A stretch of DNA of 63,455 bases, the filler included, from Choristocarpus tenellus KU-1152 (taxonomy: Eukaryota > Protista > Phaeophyceae): NCBI GenBank assembly GCA_964200185.2. It is 8 parts of 8 records of this genome, joined end to end, with 100 filler letters (N's around TTAATTAATTAA, not from the genome) between each part and the next. Parts side by side here need not be neighbours in the genome. Positions count along the whole stretch, not along the records: positions 1 to 6,784 come from CAXNAD020007360.1; positions 6,885 to 14,993 come from CAXNAD020005132.1; 6 more parts are not named here. One strand, given 5' to 3'. The notes under the pieces are model-generated. The model saw only the letters and a list, made by a program, of their open reading frames with translations. It ran no database searches and was not told the DNA's origin. Position 1 is the stretch's first letter. Every line of letters starts with the position of its first letter. This document shows, piece after piece, positions 1 through 10,610 of the stretch. The translations under genes were made by a program, and so were the position numbers.

Positions 1-33
1 GTAGTCCCGCTCCATCCCCAATTTTGAAAATCC
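1..33. repeat. Short dispersed repeat; reverse-complement copy at about 27120-27152
   Basis: gtagtcccgctccatccccaattttgaaaatcc matches the reverse complement of ggattttaaaaattgaggatggagcgtactat near the end of contig 4, with a few mismatches. Confidence 0.55.
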
Positions 34-409
34 TCTGTTATTTGTAAAAAGAGACCAACTTTGTATATTTTTGTAAGTATCCAAAAAATGTAACCCTACG
101 TACGTCTCGTTTACTTGACTTGGTATCATAATGACTGGAAATTAATGGCAGGAAGAAGAAGAATCACACGAAGAAGATTTTGAAAAGGTCATCAACTGGT
201 CGTGATCGTGCTCTTTCTTCATGGTTTCTATTGTCCTTAGCGCTTTCTATCCATTAAGGTAATAATCACTGCAATGTAGACTACGATCAAAACAATTATT
301 CTATTAGTAGTAGTATTATTTGTGCCTCACACGCAAGTCAACGGTTATGTCAGAGAAGTTTAACTGCAGTACCAAACCTCATACTGGTCTACTATCTCAT
401 TAGTTTCAT

Positions 410-487
410 CGCATGGACTCAATCCAATCCCACAATCTCACATGCACAAAATAGGGTACACCTTACGATTGTCCTATTTTTGCACAC
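410..487. repeat. Dispersed repeat shared with about 15372-15448 on another contig
   Basis: Both sites contain cacaaaata(g/a)ggtacacct...attgtcctattt(t)tgcacac with similar upstream sequence. Confidence 0.65.
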
Positions 488-2577
488 TCCCTTATGATAG
501 TGTAGGCAATGAAGGTTTACTGGGAACTCTCAAACCTACAAGAAATATCCATTGTCCCGAATACGTTTGGTTACCTTAATTTGTATCTTATTCTGCGCAC
601 TCCCCCATGAGAGTGGAAGTAAAAGAACACAAATTGCTGCTTCAACTCTCACACACTACATTCATCTTATCAACACAGTGTCTACAAAGTCTTCTTCCTG
701 CTTCTTCCGTAATCTCTTTGTTAAAATGTCAGCAAGTTGAAGTGCAGTAGACTGTTCGTAACTCTGAATGAAGAGGATTCCACTTGTGGGATTGGTCTCT
801 ACAAGAGAATCCATGGACTGTCACACTGAAGGTCCTCTGGTTGATTTCAAGAGTGATTGTGGCTTCTTCACTGATGGTGCATGTAAACAAAGTTATCAAT
901 GTACTTGTTGGAAGTCTTATCCAGTGCCAGGATCTGCATGGTATCTGCAGCCCAATTAGGAGACGTAAAAACACATGGTCTCTGTCTTCAGTGCCGAGGC
1001 AGTCAGACCGAATGATCTGGCCACCTTCCCAATCACCATCATCGTCCTGGTCAAACCTTCTTGGGTCTTGGAGACAATGCCTGCATGATCAGCATGAAGC
1101 ATCCCACAATAAGAGCTGATCAAGTAGTGTCCCACCCCCTATTGCTCCTCCTCCCTTGATCTGGTTTTTTGTGACCGCCATCTTGATGACTACAAGATCC
1201 TTGGAGATGGTTGGATCAGAGATGACCTACTTTACTGTTAGACCTAGTACTGCAGTGAAGAAGATATTCAAGAGGATGGAAGCAAGAGTGCATTCTTGCC
1301 GAAGGCCTTGTCGAACCCCATACAGTCAGTGCATTCACCACCATCACCCATGCAAAGATTTGCCCTCATTCTATCATGGAATTGGTGAACGACATATATA
1401 ATTTCCTCAGGTACGTCAAATTTGGGCAGCGCAGCCCACAGGAGGTCACGATCTATAGAGTCATATGCTTTCTATAGATCCATAAGGCACATGATTAGGT
1501 GTACGCGCTTTTCCAAACTAAGCCCTTGAAGGGTATTTTTAGTGTTATACACCATGTCCACTGTTGTTGTGGAGCATTGTGGCTGGAAATCGCACTGTCT
1601 ACTCCTCATGAAGTATGCTCTCTCACACTAGGAAGTCTTCCAGCCATCTGCAACAACCTTTGGAATTAACTAAGAGTATGATGCAATACTTGGAACTATA
1701 CAAATAGATCATCTGTCATAGTCACCACTACTCTTTGGTATACCTTAGAGGTGCCCTTCTTTTCTGAGGTATACCTCAGAGTCTGTTCCTCTGTCATGAA
1801 TGCTACATTTAGAGAGAACAATAGCGCCTTTTGATTACATCAATGTCAGGATATTGAGTGGATCTCCCAAGTCTCAGTCACTCACTTCAATGGCTACTCC
1901 TAATAATCTGGTGACTTTCTTTGGCTCGACTGCCCTTCTTTGTCGTCTCTCTCCGTTCTGCATCCTTCTCTATGTCATCCCACTCCCCCCTTTTATTCTG
2001 AAGAATGCGCCTACTGGTTTTCCACTAGTTCAATACATCATCAATATCGTTTTCGCTGGTTCATTTTTATTTGCGCGTAGTGTGTGGAATGGAAGGACTG
2101 TATCATTCGTCTAATCTGAGTACTTCTAAATAGGTGAAAACGGGTACATATTTGAATAAAAAACGGGTGGAAACAGGTGAGCGATGTGGGGAGTAGACAA
2201 GGGGTGTTGAACCCGTCAACATGGGGGGAAAGAACAGATATAGGGGTGAATTTCGGAGGGGTCAAGTGAGGTAGCGCTCCATTATATGACCTGTTTCCGC
2301 TGTTTTTGTACGTGTTTTTGATCTGAAAAGAAAGGTATACCTGTTCTTATCCATTGATTGCCCCACGATTAAGTATTTGAATGATCAATATCATGGTTAT
2401 TTATACCAGTTCGATTCAACAACTTGATCATACTATCATAATTTTCAAATTGATAGTGGTGCGGGTTGTGCGTTATTTTTGAATCAGCAGTACGGGTATA
2501 ATAATACTATTTAATATGTTATACTAAAGATAGAGATGGAGGTAGTTAGTACAATGCACACACCTTATTGAGGTGCC

Positions 2578-4538
2578 ATGGAAGAGGTCGATGACCTCCA
2601 GCGTCTATCTCTGATCAGCAAAGTGTGCACAGAGCTGGAAAACCACTTAGGTCTCAGTGATCGAACCCTTGCTGAATTCATTATTCACCTTGCCGAAGAG
2701 TTCGCCAACCCGGTCGCTTTCCGCAATGCCTTGGCACAGAATGGAGCAGAGTTCCCTGACTCGCTTTCCGATAACCTCCTACGCATGATATGTACCATGA
2801 GACCCAAAGCCAAGAATGCAAAGGCTAGGGATAGCAAGAGATCAACAGCTACCCACGTACCTCGCAATGAGACAGATGTGCAGTTCCCCGGACTCGCCAT
2901 CCCAAACTCAGAGGTCCAAAAAGCTGAAGACGCTTTTAGTGATGATAGACCGAAGAGGAGCGCCAGGGAACGCGCTCGTCAAGAAAGAGATGACGAAGAA
3001 AAAAAAATCGCAAGTTTCAAGCGGGGTCGAAGCATGAGTCCAAGCCGGAGTCGGGAGAACCGCTCGGAAGTTGGAGGAAGGTCTAGCTCCAGGAGAGATC
3101 GAAGCCGAAGGGACGATGAAGCAGATATTCATGGCAGAGAGGTAATGGGGGAAGGGAATGTTTCCTCTCCAGATCGTTATGACAGGAAATCTCCTGGGAG
3201 GGGGTCGAAGGGTACTGGTAATAGGGACCGCGATAGGATGAACGATCCTGGTGGGGGTAACAAGCGACAAAAGAGTGCTTGGGAACTAAAGGAGCCTGAG
3301 CTGTATGCTATCTATGATGGAAGTGTCAGCAAAGTGATGGACTTTGGATGTTTTGTGGAATTGAAGGGTTTCCCTCCACAACCCAACGGGAAGCGAGCTG
3401 AAGGTCTGGTTCACGTGAGTCAGATCCAAAACGGGATGCTGCGTGATCCGAGCAAGGCGGTGAAGCGAGGACAGTCGGTCAAGGTCAAGATCATATCACA
3501 AGTAAGATATGCTCTTATTCTCGAACAAGAGTTGCAGTTGCTTGCATTTCTCCTCACGATAGGTGTCTAAACTATGATATAAGCGAGGTCCTTTTGGCAA
3601 TGTTGAATGAATTTTGCTGCACATGCTCCCTTTTGGAGAAAGTTGCAATCCGTTCCATGCCAACCAATGTTTGATGTGTAAGCAATGAGTGTTTTGCCTT
3701 TTTTGGCATGCTATTGGTGATGAGCACTACTCGTGAAATCATTGTGCTATCCTGCAAGATTGGCATATGTTTTGTGGATGTGACTCTCTTCCCACTGTTA
3801 CAGGCAGGTACAAAGCTCAGTCTTAGCATCAAGGAGGTGGATCAGGCGAGTGGAGAGGACTTGATGCCAGAGAGGGGTCACGAAGCAGCTGCTAAGCTTG
3901 TGCAGGATCTTCGTCACAACCCGTCAGCCCCTGCCCAGGCGAAGGTAGGAGGATCCAACCCTCTCCACCCAGGCATGACCCAGGAGCGACTCAAGGCAAT
4001 GGAAGCAGAAGAGGAGGTGGGTTACAACATGGAGATGTTTAGCCGATGCTTAAGAAACTCATCTTAACCAGTGCATATATCAAAGTACAGCCAGTGGTAT
4101 GTGCCTATGCTAGCAACTCTCGTCCTCATTCGGATCAATCCCCAAACATGACGTTTAAAAAAAAAAAATCATACTGTGTGATTGCTGTACTTCAATCCAG
4201 TAATTTGATATGTAATTGGTTAAGAAAAATATCTATATCTATATCTGTATATATATATATATATATTGTGGTAATGGGGCATGCGAGTGGTTTCCCTCCA
4301 GCTGAACCCCAAGTGCGCGCGCTGTATATTCTCTCTGGTTACCCTCGTGCAGAAGAAGAGTATGCGGGCGGGGAAGCATCTCAGCGAGCAAGAAATGTGG
4401 GAGGCGCGGCAGCTAATCGCATCTGGAGTGCTGCCGGTGGCGGAGTACCCCACGTTTGATGTGGACTCTGGGATGGGAATCATGGGAAACTTTGAGGAAA
4501 CGGAGGAAGAGTTGGAGATAGAGCTAAACGAAGATGAG
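2578..4538 (+). CDS. PRP22: Pre-mRNA splicing DEAH-box helicase PRP22/DHX8, 5' part. Exons 2578-3501, 3804-4016, 4353-4538; helicase core not in this contig
   Basis: N-terminus LSLISKVCTELENHLGLSDRTLAEFII, RS/RD-rich region, S1 domain (YDGSVSKVMDFGCFVEL...EGLVHVSQI...VKVKIISQ|AGTKLSLSIKEVDQ), then LSEQEMWEARQLIASGVL...EEELEIELNEDE. All three exons join in phase 0 at GT-AG sites. Confidence 0.93.
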
Positions 4539-4578
4539 GTGGGGCGGCGCGTGTTTTGCTTATTTCTGCAGGGGGGAG

Positions 4579-4609
<31 letters not shown>

Positions 4610-6784
4610 TGTTTTGTTTTGTTTTGTTTTTCCCAGCTGCCTCTCGAAGGATCATCATCTCGTTCGAAGAGGTTACTCTTTGAATCCGTTGACGGGAGTA
4701 GTTCGCTTGCTTTGCTCAGCCCTTACTCTTGCTGCTCGGATAAGAATTATTAGCCCGTGTGTCACTAGCAGGTGTCACTGATGTGTTACAGCCCGAAGAG
4801 GAGCGAAATTGCGTCGATATGGGACGGGAGATGGTAATGTACTCGCATGAGCGTTTGTCTTGTGCCGCTGCGTTCGTATTATTCCGACAGTAACTACAGT
4901 ACTACGTCGTACGGGAAAATGAAATAAAATAATACAAAACAAAACAAAACAAACTATTATTCTGAACTTGTTTTTTGGCATTTACAGCATTTTTTTTTTT
5001 TCCCTGTATTCTTGATCTATATGACGAGTTTCATTGCCATGAGAGACCCACCCCGTCGAAGTCACTGTTAAATTTACATTATTTTGCAAAAGTGATTCGG
5101 AACGGAACGGAACGGAACTTGGAAAAAAAAATGGACTGCTTTTTTTGTGGGAGCAGGTTGAAGTGGAGAACCCCGTTTGTGCTACGTGGCGCATGCTTTT
5201 CTTTTTTTAGACACGTGATTTTCCACTCTCAAGTAAACAATGATTGCTGTCCCTGGGTAGTTAAGGTCGGTAAGTACTTAACTTTGTAGTTGCTGTTTTC
5301 GTGGGTCCTTCTCAGTGATTACAATGCACGTATTGCGAACTGGCGGAATTTCAAGGATCTGACCAAAGCAACAACAAACAAACAAACAAACAAACAAACA
5401 AAAAGAGTAAAAAAAATAAAAATGATGTTGAATAATTGCCTCAAGTCGTCTTCACTTCGTGTGTATACGCTCTTCTTTTTTTTTTGTAAGGCTATTCACT
5501 AGTGTGGACAATCGCGCTTCTGAAACAATTTCTTTCTCGATCAGAATATGTATATATATATATATACATTTCTTTTTATAGCACTCATTTTTTGCTCGTC
5601 GCTTAACAGGCAACAGCTATGCTGGACGTCTTTTCAGCATCCTGTCGATGTTCCTGGACCCTGCAGTAGAGCCAGTTTTTGAACGGAGGGATCGTAGCAG
5701 TATGAACAAGGAAGAACTTACAGTGGTTTGCTGTTGGTTACGGGCTTGCACCGGTACTAACCGGCTCTTTGTCTGCTCACTGTTTTCATGCTACGAATAC
5801 TTAGAAGCAGTAAACGTAACCTACAGGCGTTTGCTCGATATCGTGCGTCCGCTCGCTTTCTTGCGTCTCCTGTGCTCTCGCGGTATGATCTAGAGATAGA
5901 CCGCCCAATGAAAGACCCTCTCAAGATTCAGTCAGGGCTTGAGACCTTACGGAGTACTGCTTTCAGTTCTGCAGGTTTGAAACACAGTGCAGCCAGCCAA
6001 CTACTAAATCGTTCTTCATAAAACTTGGTCGCGGAATTGAATCGGATCGAATCGCATGCAATGAGGCGCGTGCGTATATATATATATATATATATATATC
6101 TGCTATCGCTCTTTAGATATTCTTGATATTTTTGATGCTTTGATATTTTGATATTTTGATATCGATATTTTTCGCAACCCCATACGCAAGCAAGCAAACG
6201 TTTCGGTCGTGGCCTGGTCTAGCAAACTGAACCGTCCGATATACTCGGGTTGCTGGTATCAGATATGGGGTCAGACCCGTGGCAGACCCCCCCCCGGCCA
6301 CAGTACCTGAAAGCTCTGGACCTGCCCTGTTTGAAGGATTTTGACAGGTTGGGCAATCTGGCGCCATGCTGTAGGTAGTATGCGGGGGCTATGGGACAAC
6401 CCTGTTGAAGGGAGAAAGTGTTCAGTAAAACAGGTTAGGGCTTCCTCGTGTGGACCGGGGACCGTTCCCCGCATATATTTTTTTTTCCCGGCCTGTATGT
6501 GAAGAATGAAGAAGAGCCCGTATGTGTGTGTGTGTTTTTTTTTGTTTTTTTTTGCTGCTCATTTTTTTTTTTTTCTTCAGAAGGACTTTTGTTTCGACCG
6601 ACTATTTCAATTGATTGGGAAAAGGAAGGATGATGAGAATGAGAATAAAATCGTCTCGTGCGTCTGTCTCGCAGTCAGTCAGTGTCACATAAGAAGAATG
6701 CGGTCGGACGACAAGAGTTTTTTTTTTTTCTTCTTCTTACTTCCTCTGCGCACGGCGCTCGAATGGGTGGCAGGGGGGGCGGGG

Positions 6785-6884
6785 NNNNNNNNNNNNNNNN
6801 NNNNNNNNNNNNNNNNNNNNNNNNNNNNTTAATTAATTAANNNNNNNNNNNNNNNNNNNNNNNNNNNNNNNNNNNNNNNNNNNN
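6785..6884. other. Artificial contig linker N44-TTAATTAATTAA-N44
   Basis: Identical 100-bp spacer carrying stop codons in all six frames, repeated seven times in the window. Confidence 0.98.
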
Positions 6885-7068
6885 CATATAAAAGGAACTG
6901 ATCCACGATGTCTTATCACAATCGGGGACCATACTGACCAAATAATAAATAAATAGTCAAGGAGTACAAATATATCAAATCTAGAACTTCAACATAATAA
7001 TGGTAGTGTCTCATAGTATTCTTATGTTTAGGACATTTTATATACACATATGTATATAGTTTTCATTA

Positions 7069-7118
7069 GTTTCCCCCTGACACACCTGCAAAATATCAGA
7101 GGGCATAATAATAAAATG
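7069..7118. repeat. Dispersed repeat shared with about 49290-49340
   Basis: ttcccc(c)tgacaca(c/t)ct(g/a)caaaat(a/g)tcagagggcataataa(t/c)aaaat at both sites. Confidence 0.65.
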
Positions 7119-7679
7119 TAATAATGGCATTTATGAAACTGCCATCAAGACATATCGCCTGTAACAATTATGATAGCGCTCTATGAAGAAGATTCAGAAA
7201 ATAATTTGTACATTTTTTCTACACACTTTTAAAACATGATGCACCATCAGTGTATTAAATAGGGTTTCGATTTAGTTGGTGGTACAATGTGAGAGAAAAC
7301 ACTGTTGACGGTATGTGAGGAATTACTTTCTGCCGTTCGTTGCCATTGATGTACACACATAGAGTCATACCGGTTCGCCAAGCGCCCATTTTATAAGCAG
7401 CATGTATTACTCTCGCCACTAACATTTTGCAGATACATGTGTTATAGGAGAGGGAATAGGTAAGATCAAAATCAACGATATCAAAACTTTTCATAAAACA
7501 GCAGTCACTTTCATTAAGCTTCTACCTAAAAAAATGATTTCTGGAACAAGGCCCACCGATATCTTGTTCCATACGATCCAATGTTCACACTACTATGCCT
7601 CCAGCCTCCCCTTATGAAGGTGGGCAGGGAATGAGAGAAGATTCCAAGAACCTGTAAGGGCCTCTTTGCGCCCGTTGGC

Positions 7680-8130
7680 CAGGTGTTTCCAGCTTAGAAT
7701 GCTTGGCCCTCCTCGAAATAGCTACCTGTCTGTGCAGTTACAGATACACACACTATATATAGATGTTTCAAACGGGTCTTGACAGACCCTTTCCTACTAC
7801 TACTACTACTACTGTATTCTCCAGATCCTCCCCGCCCTACCATATGGATGGATGGGTGACCAACTCATGAATGAAGCTCTTAAAAAATCCCACCGCTAAG
7901 ATGTCGAGATTGAACTGCAACATTCCAAAAATATCTCTCATAGATAGTGTGCTTTCGTGCCTTGGCTACCGCAGCAGTGACCCCATTCTTGTTGGTGGAT
8001 GAGTTGGTCAGGTGGCAACCTGCCTGAACCTCTGTAAAAAAAATATCTAAAAGAAGGCCTTTGCCATCATTGGAGGCTGGACCAGCCTCCGATAAAACCC
8101 TCGGATGGATTACCACGGTTTTCAACTAGG
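7680..8130 (-). mobile_element. Decayed 3' fragment of an RLE-type (CRE-like) non-LTR retrotransposon
   Basis: GKGLLLDIFFTEVQAGCHLTNSSTNKNGVTAAVAKARK aligns to DKGLLLDVTSAEVQAASHLPNSSTNNSVAAVAAEPRK at 47564-47818. A downstream VSVTAQ..VAISRR motif follows; stops and frameshifts are present. Confidence 0.7.
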
Positions 8131-8693
8131 CAGTAGACGTTGGCCGTCTCGCAGACATTTTAACGATGCGCACCACACAAAATGAATGTAATACTATAGA
8201 AGTCGTAAGACCAAATTGCGTTGGGTACATCCTCCAATAACAATACAAGCAATAATTGAAAAACATAAAACATACGAATGTGAAACAGATGGAAACAGGC
8301 TGACAGGTTCTTCCGACTGAAAGGGAACAGGAAGACCCACAGGAGGCAAGGGAATGGAGAGAGACAAGGCAAAAGGGAGAGCAATCCCTCAGAAGATTAC
8401 TCAGGAAAGAGTGAAAAAGGGAAGAAGTGAATGAAGGCGGTTTGCAAGGTCCCCTCAAACCACCCGCTATTTACTTCAAACAGATGTTAACTTCAACGTG
8501 AAAAAACAGATGTCATATGAACAACAGATCTTCAAGATAGATCACCTTAAAGGAGTACCATAGTTGGAAGATGACTCTCACACGAACATTTAATTAATTT
8601 CCCATTCAATATTGTTTTATTTTGCTCACAATTTCTGTATTTATTCTATGTTTGCATTCCACCCATTCCCCTCCTCCCCATTTTACCATCACT

Positions 8694-8972
8694 TGTGACC
8701 AACCAGTGCGAACCTCGTTTGCCACTGATTTCCAGTGACTCCCTACATTGATGACCAACCATTGCAACCCCTTCGCCACTGCTTTCCAGTCACCCCCCCC
8801 CATGTGATGACCAACCAATGCAAACTCCTTTCGCCATTGACTTCCAGTCACCGCCCATGTCCGATGACCAACCAATGTGAAACCCCCTTCACCACTGATT
8901 TCCAGTCACCCCCCACATCTGATGACCAACCAGTGTGACCCCTTCGCCAATGATTTCCAGTCACCACCCCAC
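8694..8972. repeat. Minisatellite, 5 diverged copies of an about 56-bp unit
   Basis: Unit gatgaccaacca(g/a/t)tg...ttcgcca(c/t/a)tga(t/c)ttccagtcacc(C)n repeated five times in tandem. Confidence 0.85.
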
Positions 8973-9157
8973 CCTTCAACCCTACTCAACCTCACACCAG
9001 TTACCACTCCCTCACACCACTCAAGAACACCCTTTCATCATCCACTTCATACCGCGCCTTTGAACTAGAAGACATCTACCCCGCCTGAACTTGACCTCCC
9101 CTCCCTTTAGCCAGCATCCCAATCGGTCGTGAGCAAGCGACAGGGTGGGTGGGCGGG

Positions 9158-9187
9158 AAAGCTTGCTCGGAGGTTGTGTAGTTCTAG

Positions 9188-9221
<34 letters not shown>

Positions 9222-9308
9222 TTCCCCCCGGCCCCCGGGGGGGGGGGAGGAGGGGGGGGGGGGGGGGGGGGGGAAAAGCTTGCTCGGAGGTTGTGTAGTT
9301 CTAGCCCC
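9158..9308. repeat. About 34-bp direct repeat flanking a poly-C/poly-G tract
   Basis: aaagcttgctcggaggttgtgtagttctagcccc at 9158 and at 9275, separated by a C-run and then a G-run. Confidence 0.8.
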
Positions 9309-10610
9309 TCCTCGTCTTGTATCACCAGCCCTCGGTTTCCTTTACATACTGACCATTCCCTCCTACCTTGTTCCTGTACCTACCAGCCACTTCTTTAACT
9401 TCTCTCCTGCCTCTTCTACCTTCCAATCACTCAGTACTTAACTCTTCGTTCACCCCTTGCCTACATTTTTTTTTTCCTTCCTCACCTCTCCCTCCCCTGT
9501 ACCACATTACCACCAGAATTCTTCCGCTAAAACTCAGATTACTTCATAAACTTTCAATTCACCAGTCAAAACTGTGAGGAAGGGGACTTCTTTATGTCAA
9601 ATTCTTTGTGGCTAATTCTAAAAAGTCTTCTCTGTCCACTGCTTCATTTCTGTTTCTTAGGACTGTGTTCTTATCTATAATTGACTCATTATTAGTGCTC
9701 TATGTATGTATGATGCTTACATAGTTCTGAGTATTTGCGGTGTTGGTTGTATGAGTTTGGACATCATTTTTTACTTGTTGTGGGATGATGTATTTATGTG
9801 TGTATCCAGTATGTATATATGTATAAAATGTACTATAATATTATATACCTTGTAAGTGTAATTTATTTAAATATTCCTCCTCTAGTACTTCATATAAAGA
9901 AGACATAGGTTTCAGCGTATGTCTGAAGGCGTTCCTAGTCGATACGAACAAGCGATATCTTATGTCATGGTTAGTTATGAAGTCGAAAAGTTCCTTCCCC
10001 ATCAACAATTTCGGGGAAAAGTGGTGAAATGGTCATAGTTGCGGGATGATGTTTTTTTTTGGAAGATTCATTCGGGTTGATGGTCGAGTCTCTGAAGACA
10101 AGAAAGAGATAGACACTACTAGCAAAGGAGCAACTCACGCATTTGACAAACCTTTTCATCACTATAGGACAGGGTTTGTACAAGGAACCTCAAGGTGATC
10201 AGCCAAGTCATCGTAGGGCTTCCATAATCAATATTCTCTGCTCGTGCACGGTTTGAAATTAACACACATACTCACATCATATACTAGTATCCAGTCCAAA
10301 TAGCCAGGACCCTCTTGTGGGTCGTGTGCGATATTTGGTTGTGTGGAGGTCAGGTAACTGCATCGACTTGCATCCATCAATATCAATTGACTGAATTTGC
10401 CGCGCTTTTAACGGACAACCAGACTCACGCAAGTTGCATGACTGACATTGCGATATGTAGAGGTGGATCACTAGCAAGGTTTTTGCTGGTGCTATGGTCG
10501 AAGTTGAAGATGTTTTGCTAGTTTGAACCCTCCATGTAATGCACCCGCCTCACCTGACCTCAAAATGTCGGACTCCCCCCCTCCAACCACCAGAGGACTT
10601 TCATTGAACG

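Noticed and set aside
552-1401. Overlapping short ORFs upstream of PRP22, possibly a transposon relic
   Set aside because: No recognisable motif in any frame and no consistent splice sites.
1450-1780. 10-bp inverted repeat (gatctataga, 1450-1480) and an 18-bp perfect palindrome tctgaggtatacctcaga (1763-1780)
   Set aside because: Isolated, with no element boundaries or functional context, so no call is supportable.
8694-8972. CRISPR-like repeat-spacer appearance
   Set aside because: Intervening segments are homologous to each other, there are no cas genes and the context is eukaryotic.
9107-9441. Poly-Pro/poly-Gly ORFs resembling formin or extensin
   Set aside because: They are translations of C and G homopolymers; the same applies near 55140 and 58745.
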